DNA of 64,000 bases from the NCBI GenBank assembly GCA_035301805.1, contig DATGTQ010000079.1, forward strand, positions 3,672 to 67,671, in the 5' to 3' direction. This document shows, one piece after another, positions 38,502-46,476 of the stretch. This DNA comes from Tissierellales bacterium. GTDB taxonomy: Bacteria; Bacillota; Clostridia; Tissierellales; DATGTQ01. Within the stretch, counting starts at the first letter, position 1. Each line of letters begins with the position of its first letter. The position numbers and the translations under genes were made by a program. The notes under the pieces are model-generated. The model worked only from the letters and a program-made list of their open reading frames with translations. It was not told where the DNA came from and searched no databases.

Positions 38502-40487
38502 TTGCAAATTATTTTAGCAGACCATGCAGGCTATTGTTTTGGTGTAGATAGGGCTATAAATTTAGCCCTGGAAACAATAAATAATTTTAGTGAAGATACA
38601 AATATTTATTCATTAGGTCCATTGATACACAATAAACAAGTGGTAGCTCACCTAAAGAATTTAGGTTTAGAAGTTATAGAAGAAATTTCTAATGAAGGTA
38701 AAGGTAAAATAATTATTAGAGCTCATGGCGTTCCATATGAAATTCAGCAAAATGCCGAAAAAAAAGGCTTTGAGGTTGTTGATACAACTTGCCCTTACGT
38801 AAAAAGTGTCCATAATAGAGTGAAGAATTATCAGGAAAAAGGGTATAAAATAGTTATTATTGGTGATTCTAATCATCCGGAAGTGATAGGAATCAATGGA
38901 TGGTGTAACAATGAAGCTGAAATTATCAATAATATTGAATATGCTAATAGTCTAGATGAATATGAGAAAATATGCGTTGTTTCACAAACTACTAATACTA
39001 AAGAAAAATTTGAAACCCTCTCTGAAATAATTAAGGACAAAGGTAAAGAGGTCAAAATTTTTAACACTATATGTAATGCTACAAAACTTCGCCAAGATGC
39101 TTGTAAAGATGTAGCTCAAAAAGTAGATGCTATGGTTGTAATAGGTGGATTTCATAGTTCTAATACTAATAAATTAGCAGAGGTAGCAAGAAATTATTGT
39201 CCTAGTGTATACCATATTGAAACAATAGAAGATTTACCTTTGCAAGAGGTACTAAAATTTAATACAATAGGAGTAACTGCAGGTGCCTCTACACCTGATG
39301 TCATAATTAAGGAGGTTATAGATACAATGAAGAATTCAAATAATAATATTGATGATCAAGAAATGTTGGAAGCAATAGAAAATTCTTTTGTTAGTATTCA
39401 TCGCGGAGATGTAGTTAAGGGAGAAGTTATAACAGTAACTAATAATGAAGTTATGGTAAATATTAACTATAAATCAGATGGTATAGTTTCTAAAGGAGAG
39501 CTTTCAAATGACCAAGATATAAATCCTAAAAGTCTATATAAAGAGGGAGATACTGTTGAGGTCTATGTAATAAATTTGGATGATGGCGAAGGTAACGTTC
39601 TACTCTCAATTAAGAAAGTTGATAATATTAAAAATTGGGAGAAATTAGAGGAAATATACGAAAATAACGGGGTAATAGAGTGCAAAGTAACTGATATAGT
39701 AAAGGGTGGAGTTATCGGATTAGTTAATGAAATAAATGGATTTATACCTGCTTCTCATTTATCGACTAATTATGTTAAAGATTTGAGCAACTATAATGGT
39801 AAAGTATTTAATGTAAAGATAATTGATTTTGATAAAGAAAAAAATAGAATTATATTATCGAGAAAAAATGTAGAACTAGAAGAATTAGAGAAAAAAAGAG
39901 AAGGTCTATGGGAATCTTTAGAAATTAATAAGACTATTAGTGGAGAAGTAAAAAGATTGACAAACTTTGGTGCTTTTGTTGATTTAGGTGGTGTAGATGG
40001 ATTAATTCACATATCGGATCTATCTTGGTCAAGGATTAATCATCCTTCAGATATTTTAAAAGAAGGTGAAGAAGTTAAAGTAATTGTACAAGATTTTAAT
40101 AAAGAAAAGAATAGAATCTCATTAGGCTATAAGCAAAAGTATCCAAAACCATGGGATGTATTTATTGAAAACAACAAAGTAGGAGATATTGTTGAAGGAA
40201 TAGTAGTTAATCTATTAGATTTTGGAGCATTTGTACAATTAAAAGAAGGAGTAGATGGATTAGTTCACGTTTCTCAAATATCAAATGAGCATGTCCATAA
40301 GCCAAAGGATGTTTTAAGTAAAGGTGATAAAGTAAAAGTAAAAATAATTGATATAGGAGAAGAAGAAAGAATAAGTTTAAGTATAAAAGAGGCTATCCAA
40401 AAAGATATAGAAGATAAAGGTAAATATAATGATGAAAATGAAGAGCCAGAAGTTACTATTGGTGATATGATAAAGGATAAAGAATAA
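38502..40487 (+). CDS. ispH: Bifunctional 4-hydroxy-3-methylbut-2-enyl diphosphate reductase / ribosomal protein S1-like fusion
   Basis: 661 aa. The N-terminal ~280 aa are IspH/LytB (AGYCFGVDRA, TTCPYV, ICNAT Cys ligands). The C-terminal part has four S1 repeats (e.g. GEVKRLTNFGAFVDLGGVDGLIHISD). Confidence 0.88.
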   Translation: MQIILADHAGYCFGVDRAINLALETINNFSEDTNIYSLGPLIHNKQVVAHLKNLGLEVIEEISNEGKGKIIIRAHGVPYEIQQNAEKKGFEVVDTTCPYVKSVHNRVKNYQEKGYKIVIIGDSNHPEVIGINGWCNNEAEIINNIEYANSLDEYEKICVVSQTTNTKEKFETLSEIIKDKGKEVKIFNTICNATKLRQDACKDVAQKVDAMVVIGGFHSSNTNKLAEVARNYCPSVYHIETIEDLPLQEVLKFNTIGVTAGASTPDVIIKEVIDTMKNSNNNIDDQEMLEAIENSFVSIHRGDVVKGEVITVTNNEVMVNINYKSDGIVSKGELSNDQDINPKSLYKEGDTVEVYVINLDDGEGNVLLSIKKVDNIKNWEKLEEIYENNGVIECKVTDIVKGGVIGLVNEINGFIPASHLSTNYVKDLSNYNGKVFNVKIIDFDKEKNRIILSRKNVELEELEKKREGLWESLEINKTISGEVKRLTNFGAFVDLGGVDGLIHISDLSWSRINHPSDILKEGEEVKVIVQDFNKEKNRISLGYKQKYPKPWDVFIENNKVGDIVEGIVVNLLDFGAFVQLKEGVDGLVHVSQISNEHVHKPKDVLSKGDKVKVKIIDIGEEERISLSIKEAIQKDIEDKGKYNDENEEPEVTIGDMIKDKE

Positions 40488-40574
40488 TTAATTGGGGTTT
40501 GATGTATAAAATATTTAGTTATGGTAATAATATTATTGACCTCACAAACTACATCAAGACCCCCTTTATAATGA

Positions 40575-40607
40575 TTCTGTGGTATTCTTACCACAGAACT
40601 TTTTTTA
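40575..40607 (+). terminator. Intrinsic terminator after ispH-S1
   Basis: TTCTGTGGTA (40575-40584) / TACCACAGAA (40589-40598) stem, then C + T7. Confidence 0.85.
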
Positions 40608-40627
40608 TGCTAAAATATAATTTTTTT

Positions 40628-40666
40628 ACAATAAGATTGTTTAGTTTCTCTAAACAATCTTATTGT
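40628..40666. repeat. Perfect 17-bp inverted repeat (ACAATAAGATTGTTTAG / CTAAACAATCTTATTGT), 5-nt spacer
   Basis: Arms 40628-40644 and 40650-40666. No downstream T-tract. It lies between the terminator and the M42 peptidase operon. Confidence 0.8.
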
Positions 40667-40709
40667 ATGTTATACTTATAGTATCTTAATTAACAAAGGG
40701 GGGGTTATA

Positions 40710-41765
40710 TTGGATACAAAAAAGTTTTTGCAGAAATTAAGTAATGCTTATGGTATTTCTGGTTTTGAAAGTGGTTTAAATGATATTGTTATATCGGCAA
40801 TGAAAAACTATACTGATGATATTCATGTTGATAATTTAGGTAATATTTTAGCAGTAAAAAAAGGTACAAATAATAAAGAAAATTTAAAAGTCATGTTGGC
40901 CGCTCATCTTGACGAAATAGGCTTAATTGTAACTTATATTGAAGAGAATGGATTTATTAGATTTTCTAATATAGGTGGAATTGATCCAAGAACATTATTA
41001 AGTCAAGAAGTAGTAGTACATGGAAAAGAAGATATTATTGGAATAATAGGAGCTAGGCCACCCCATTTTCAATCTTCTGATAGGGCTAATAAAACAATAA
41101 AAATGGAGGATATGACTATTGATTTAGGTCTATCAAAAGAGGAAGTAAAAAGAGTAGTAAAAATTGGAGATCCAATTACAATAAGGCGAAATTTTGCAAG
41201 TTTACAAGGTGAAAGGGTTACAGGCAAAGCATTAGATGATAGAGCTGGTGTAGTGACTTTATTAGAATGTGCTAAAGAATTAGAAAAGATAGTTCATGAA
41301 GTAGATGTATATTTTGTTTCCACTGTGCAAGAAGAGGTAGGAGTTAGGGGAGCTTTTACCAGTACTTATAGTATAAATCCTGACATAGGTATAGCCATCG
41401 ATGTAGGCTTTGGAGCCACTCCTGAATTGCCAAAAAAAGATACCTTAGAAATGGGCAAGGGGCCAGGAATTACTTTAGGTGGAAATATACATCCAGGACT
41501 AAGAAAGCATATAGTTAAGTTAGCTGATGAATATAATATTCCCTATCAAATGGAAATCGCTCCTGGAGCTACAGGTACAGATGGATATGCCATACAGATA
41601 ACAAAGGCTGGCATACCTACATTATGTATATCAATACCATTAAGGTATATGCATACTTCAGTTGAAATTATAGATATGGTAGATATAAGAAATACCGCTA
41701 AATTATTATCACTATTTATAAGTTCTATAACTAGTGATAACTTGGAGGGATTCCTATGTTATTAA
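40710..41765 (+). CDS. M42 family metallo-aminopeptidase (TET/FrvX-like), paralog 1
   Basis: 351 aa. AHLDEIGL, ALDDRAG and QEEVGVRGA motifs. TTG start with SD AGGGGGG. Confidence 0.85.
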   Translation: MDTKKFLQKLSNAYGISGFESGLNDIVISAMKNYTDDIHVDNLGNILAVKKGTNNKENLKVMLAAHLDEIGLIVTYIEENGFIRFSNIGGIDPRTLLSQEVVVHGKEDIIGIIGARPPHFQSSDRANKTIKMEDMTIDLGLSKEEVKRVVKIGDPITIRRNFASLQGERVTGKALDDRAGVVTLLECAKELEKIVHEVDVYFVSTVQEEVGVRGAFTSTYSINPDIGIAIDVGFGATPELPKKDTLEMGKGPGITLGGNIHPGLRKHIVKLADEYNIPYQMEIAPGATGTDGYAIQITKAGIPTLCISIPLRYMHTSVEIIDMVDIRNTAKLLSLFISSITSDNLEGFLCY

Positions 41766-42775
41766 AAAAATTAACAGAAGCTTCTGGCGTATCTGGAAAT
41801 GAAAGTGAAGTTAGAAATATTATTATAGATGAAATAAAGGATTATGTAGATGATATAAAGATAGATAATATTGGGAATGTTATTGTTTACAAAAAGGGAA
41901 AAGTTAATGCCCCTAAATTAATGGTTACAGCTCATTTAGATGAAGTTGGACTTATGGTAGTTAATATAGATGATTCTGGCCTTCTAAAGTTTGTGCCTGT
42001 GGGAGGTATAGATAAAAGAGTATTAGTTTCAAAACCAGTGAAAGTTGGAAAAGATAAAATACAAGGTGTTATAGGTGCAAAGCCTATACATTTACAAAAA
42101 CGTACTGAATGGGAAAATGCTTTAGATATTGAGGATTTATATATTGATATAGGTGTTAATAATAAAGAGGAAGCAGAAAAATTAGTTTCTATAGGAGATT
42201 ATGTAACATTTGATACTGAATCCTTAGAATTTGGCAATAATTTAATTAAAGCTAAAGCATTAGATAATAGGGTAGGTTGTAGTTTACTTATAGATTTGCT
42301 AAAAGAAGAGTCAAGTTTCAGTTATTATGGGGTATTTACGGTTATGGAAGAAGTAGGTCTTAGGGGAGCTGGTCCTGCTGCCTTTAGTGTAGAGCCAGAT
42401 GTAAGCATTATATTGGAAGGTACTTTGTGTTCTGATATGCCAAAAGCTGAAGTTTATGAAATTTCAACTGTTTTAGGAGATGGGCCTGCTATTTCATTAA
42501 TGGATAGAACTACAGTTTATAATATTAAACTAAGAGAAAGAATTGTATCTATAGCTAAGAAAAATAATATACCTTATCAATATAGAAAAACTACTTTTGG
42601 TGGAAATGATTCTGGGAAAATTCATTTAGCTAAAGAGGGCTCTATAACTACAACAATTTCTGTACCTTGTAGATATATACATTCACCTGTTTCTGTTATG
42701 TCAAAGGATGATTATGAAAATACTTTTAAACTTTTAAAGGCAGTTTTGAAAGATATAGAAGGGGAGGGTTTATAA
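41756..42775 (+). CDS. M42 family metallo-aminopeptidase, paralog 2
   Basis: 339 aa. AHLDEVGL, ALDNRVG and MEEVGLRGA motifs. Overlaps paralog 1 by 10 nt. Confidence 0.85.
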   Translation: MLLKKLTEASGVSGNESEVRNIIIDEIKDYVDDIKIDNIGNVIVYKKGKVNAPKLMVTAHLDEVGLMVVNIDDSGLLKFVPVGGIDKRVLVSKPVKVGKDKIQGVIGAKPIHLQKRTEWENALDIEDLYIDIGVNNKEEAEKLVSIGDYVTFDTESLEFGNNLIKAKALDNRVGCSLLIDLLKEESSFSYYGVFTVMEEVGLRGAGPAAFSVEPDVSIILEGTLCSDMPKAEVYEISTVLGDGPAISLMDRTTVYNIKLRERIVSIAKKNNIPYQYRKTTFGGNDSGKIHLAKEGSITTTISVPCRYIHSPVSVMSKDDYENTFKLLKAVLKDIEGEGL

Positions 42776-43768
42776 ATGAATTTTAACGGTCAGCTACTTA
42801 ATGATTTAACAAATGTTTATTCACCATCTAGTAATGAAGATAGAATAAGAGAATTTATTGAAAATGAAATAAAAGACTATGTAGATGAGGTTGAAGTAGA
42901 CGCTTTAGGAAACTTAATTGCAAGAAAAAAAGGTAATGGTAAAAAAATAATGTTAGCTGCTCATATGGATCAAATTGGACTTATGATAACTGCTATTGAT
43001 AAAAAAGGGTTTTTACGATTTACAAATGTAGGTGGCATATCGCCAGATATTTCATTGAGTCAAAAAGTCGTTTTTGAAAATGGTACTGTTGGAGTTATAT
43101 ATACAGAGCCTATGGAGGATTCATCAAGGATAGAACTTGATAAAATGTATATAGATATTGGAGCTTTTAGTAAGGAAGAAGCAGAGCAAAAGGTGAAAAT
43201 AGGAGATATTTGTGTTTATAAATCTGGTTATGAGGAAAATGAAAATGTTGTTTTTTCACAATGTTTAGATGATAGGGTAGGATGTTATGTATTAATAGAT
43301 ACTATTAAAAATGTTAAAAAGACTAATAATGATTTATACTTTGTTTTTTCAGTTCAAGAAGAAGTAGGACTTAGGGGTGCTAAAACTTCCGCATATAGAA
43401 TTAATCCAGACATGGGAATTGCTATTGATGTTACAGGTAGTGGAGATACACCAAAGGCTAAGAAATTTGCTATAAGTTTAGATAAAGGTACAGCAATTAA
43501 AGTAAAGGATAATTCCATACTTGCTCACCCTAAGGTTAGAGAATTAATGGTAGAAGTAGCCGGGGAAAAAGATATTCCATATCAAATGGAAGTGTTAGAA
43601 TTTGGGGGTACAGATTCAGGTGCCATCCATCTTACAAGAGAAGGAATACCTTCAGGGGTAATTTCTATTCCTACTAGGTATGTACATTCTACTATAGAGA
43701 TGGCCTCCAAAAATGACATAGTAAATTCAATTAGGCTTTTGACAAATCTTCTTGAAAAAGAAATATAA
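42776..43768 (+). CDS. M42 family metallo-aminopeptidase, paralog 3
   Basis: 330 aa. AHMDQIGL, CLDDRVG and QEEVGLRGA motifs. The ATG directly abuts the paralog 2 stop. Confidence 0.85.
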   Translation: MNFNGQLLNDLTNVYSPSSNEDRIREFIENEIKDYVDEVEVDALGNLIARKKGNGKKIMLAAHMDQIGLMITAIDKKGFLRFTNVGGISPDISLSQKVVFENGTVGVIYTEPMEDSSRIELDKMYIDIGAFSKEEAEQKVKIGDICVYKSGYEENENVVFSQCLDDRVGCYVLIDTIKNVKKTNNDLYFVFSVQEEVGLRGAKTSAYRINPDMGIAIDVTGSGDTPKAKKFAISLDKGTAIKVKDNSILAHPKVRELMVEVAGEKDIPYQMEVLEFGGTDSGAIHLTREGIPSGVISIPTRYVHSTIEMASKNDIVNSIRLLTNLLEKEI

Positions 43769-43779
43769 ATTAAAAACTT

Positions 43780-43809
43780 AAGGGACTGAGACTTTCAGTC
43801 CTTTTTTTA
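43780..43809 (+). terminator. Intrinsic terminator after the M42 operon
   Basis: GGACTGA / TCAGTCC stem followed by T7. Confidence 0.8.
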
Positions 43810-43994
43810 TAAAAATTAGAATTTAAAGCCTATAAAATTCGATAAATTGACAAAATATCTACTTATACGATTTTGTTTAGAATAATTTGTAATATTATAT
43901 TGAAATTTAGAATAAAAAACTTAAATAGGATATAAAGGAATTTCAAGTTTTTTGACGAACTTATAATTAACAGGGATTTAAAGGGGGAAGAAAA

Positions 43995-44588
43995 ATGTTG
44001 GATACACAAAAACATTATACTATTTCTGAAGCTGCAGAAGTTACTGAATACCCTCCACATGTTCTAAGGTATTATGAAAAAGAATTTGAGCTAGATATTC
44101 CTAGAAATGAAGCCAATCATAGATATTATACCTTTCAGGAAATTGAAATATTTCAGTATATAAAGGTTCTACAAGAAAAGGGTTTCAGTAACAAACAAAT
44201 TAAATTAATAATTGAATCGCCGCAATTAGCCTTAAATGAGGAGGAAAGTGCAGCTTTAACAAATATAATGCCTAGGGACAAAATAGAACCGGCGAAATTA
44301 TCGAAGGAAATAAGTGGATATCTTCAAGAAGAGTTTTTTAATGAACTGGAAGCTGCTTTAGATAAAAATGCTGAAGGAAGTGATAAGCTTCTTGAGGAAT
44401 TGAGGGATGAGATAACTAAATTAAGAAATGAATTGAATAATAGTGAAAGGGATGTACTGATTTGTGAAAATGCTAAACTTAAAATGAAGGTTAAGCAAAA
44501 AACCTATGAAAATTTAGAACTTAAAGAAGAAATTAATAAATCTAAAAATAAACAGAACCCTTTAAAACGTTTGTTTAAAAAACCATAA
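43995..44588 (+). CDS. MerR family transcriptional regulator with C-terminal coiled coil
   Basis: 197 aa. YTISEAAEVTEYPPHVLRYYEKEFEL...HRYYTFQEIEIFQYIKVLQEKGFS is the MerR HTH plus wing. Confidence 0.8.
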   Translation: MLDTQKHYTISEAAEVTEYPPHVLRYYEKEFELDIPRNEANHRYYTFQEIEIFQYIKVLQEKGFSNKQIKLIIESPQLALNEEESAALTNIMPRDKIEPAKLSKEISGYLQEEFFNELEAALDKNAEGSDKLLEELRDEITKLRNELNNSERDVLICENAKLKMKVKQKTYENLELKEEINKSKNKQNPLKRLFKKP

Positions 44589-44760
44589 AAAATTTTGCAA
44601 GACATGAATTTTAACTTGCATAGCAACCTTTTATATATAAAAAAAGAATGAAATATTGCAATAAAATTATAACTAGTATTCAATTATCAGAAAATACTGT
44701 TGATTTTATTTGTTGAGCATGGTATAATTTAGATAACTAATATATAAGGGGTTGACTGTT

Positions 44761-44916
44761 ATGGATTCAAAAAGTATAAATAGTAAGAATATTTCTCCTA
44801 CATATAATCATAACCATAAAAAATGTGGTGCTGTAACTTGTATAAATAATGTTCAAGGAACTTGTAGTTTTAAAAAATGTGATTTATATGAAAACGTACT
44901 GATACAGGAGGATTAA
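44761..44916 (+). CDS. Small Cys-rich protein, DUF1540-like (51 aa; below the ORF-track cutoff)
   Basis: My own translation is MDSKSINSKNISPTYNHNHKKCGAVTCINNVQGTCSFKKCDLYENVLIQED. The C-x4-C-x7-C-x4-C spacing resembles DUF1540. Extended -10 TGgTATAAT at 44719-44727 and a G-rich SD (AAGGGG) upstream. Confidence 0.5.
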   Translation: MDSKSINSKNISPTYNHNHKKCGAVTCINNVQGTCSFKKCDLYENVLIQED

Positions 44917-44940
44917 CTACTTAAAAAATAAATATTATAT

Positions 44941-44995
44941 AATTAAATTGAGTAGGTGGTAAAAATATAGAGTTTACTACCTACTCAATTTAATT
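44941..44995 (+). terminator. 21-bp stem hairpin after the small ORF (terminator-like, weak U-tract)
   Basis: Arms 44941-44961 / 44975-44995 (AATTAAATTGAGTAGGTGGTA / TACTACCTACTCAATTTAATT, one G-U pair), 13-nt loop. Confidence 0.5.
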
Positions 44996-45095
44996 ATTGT
45001 ATAAAAACTAACTATGATATAAAAGCTTATAAAAACTAATGATTGTGATATAATGGTATAGAAATAGTTGAAAGTAAGAAACAGGAGGTACAGTA

Positions 45096-46436
45096 ATGAA
45101 TTTAGATAATATAAAAAACGATAAAAAATATACGATTTTAACTTTTGGTTGTCAAATGAATGAACATGATTCTGAAAAAATCTCTTGGATTTTAGAACAA
45201 ATGGGTTATAGATTTACAAATGAAATAAAAGATAGCGATATTATTATATATAATACTTGTTTAGTAAGAGAAAATGCAGAGCTAAAGGTTTATGGCCAAT
45301 TAGGAGCATTGAAGCATTTAAAAAACCAAAAGCCTGATATGATACTAGCAGTATGTGGTTGTATGATGCAACGTAAAGAAATTAGAGAAGTTATAGTGGA
45401 AAAGTATAGCCATGTTGATATAATATTTGGAACTAATAATATTCAAAAATTGCCTCAATTAATAAACAGGCATTTACAAACAAAAGAAACTATAGTTGAT
45501 ATTGTTGAGGATACTAGGGAGATAGTAGAGGATATTGATGCAAATAGAAAATACGATTTTAAAGCCTTTACTAATATAACATATGGATGTAACAACTTTT
45601 GCTCCTATTGTATAGTACCTTATACTAGAGGTAGGGAAAAGAGTAGAGAACCCGAGGCCATAATAAAAGAAATAAGCAATTTAGCCAAAAAAGGTTATAA
45701 GGAAATTACTTTATTAGGACAAAACGTTAATTCCTATGGTAAAACATTAAATAAAGACTATAGATTTCCACAGCTTTTAAGAGATGTAAATAAAATTGAT
45801 GGTATTGAAAGAATTAGATTTATGACATCTCATCCTAAGGATTTATCCGATGATTTAATATATGCAATGGCTGAATGTGAAAAAGTTTGTGAGCATTTAC
45901 ACTTACCGGTTCAATCAGGGAGCAATAGAATTCTAAAACTGATGAATAGAAAGTATACAAAAGAAGACTATTTAGCTAAAATAGAGAAAGTAAAAAGTAT
46001 AATTCCTAATATTTCTATAACTACTGATATAATTGTAGGATTTCCTAGTGAAACAGAAGAGGATTTTAATGAAACCTTAGATTTAGTTGAAAAAGTAAAA
46101 TATGATTCAGCTTTTACTTTCTTATATTCAATTAGAGAGGGAACTCAAGCAGCAAAAATGGAAGAACAAATTCCCTATGAAGTTAAGCATCAAAGATTCC
46201 AAAGATTATTAGATAAACTATATGTTGTTATGTATGATAATAATTTAAAATATAAAGATAAGGTAGTTGAGGTTTTAGTAGAAGGTACTAGTAAAAATGA
46301 TGATACTGTATTGAGTGGAAGAACTAGAAGTGAAAAATTGATACATTTTAGTGGTGACAAAGATTTAATAGGCAAATTAGTTAAAGTAAAAGTTACTGAA
46401 GTTAAAACTTTTACTTTAGAAGGTATATTAGTTTAG
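45096..46436 (+). CDS. miaB: tRNA-i6A37 methylthiotransferase MiaB
   Basis: 446 aa. UPF0004 N-domain (TFGCQMNEHDSE), radical-SAM CNNFCSYC and a C-terminal TRAM domain. Confidence 0.92.
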   Translation: MNLDNIKNDKKYTILTFGCQMNEHDSEKISWILEQMGYRFTNEIKDSDIIIYNTCLVRENAELKVYGQLGALKHLKNQKPDMILAVCGCMMQRKEIREVIVEKYSHVDIIFGTNNIQKLPQLINRHLQTKETIVDIVEDTREIVEDIDANRKYDFKAFTNITYGCNNFCSYCIVPYTRGREKSREPEAIIKEISNLAKKGYKEITLLGQNVNSYGKTLNKDYRFPQLLRDVNKIDGIERIRFMTSHPKDLSDDLIYAMAECEKVCEHLHLPVQSGSNRILKLMNRKYTKEDYLAKIEKVKSIIPNISITTDIIVGFPSETEEDFNETLDLVEKVKYDSAFTFLYSIREGTQAAKMEEQIPYEVKHQRFQRLLDKLYVVMYDNNLKYKDKVVEVLVEGTSKNDDTVLSGRTRSEKLIHFSGDKDLIGKLVKVKVTEVKTFTLEGILV

Positions 46437-46476
46437 AAGGTAATTAGTATAGTAATAAACAGCTGGAGGGATTTAG

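Noticed and set aside
40499-40681. 60-aa plus-strand ORF (MMYKIFSYGNN...).
   Set aside because: It spans the ispH-S1 terminator and the 17-bp palindrome, has no SD, and its peptide is low-complexity. It is a non-coding intergenic artefact.
43863-44060. 65-aa minus-strand ORF overlapping the merR promoter and 5' end.
   Set aside because: It has no SD, its sequence is AT-driven and F/I/L/K/N-rich, and it overlaps a well-supported gene start on the other strand.
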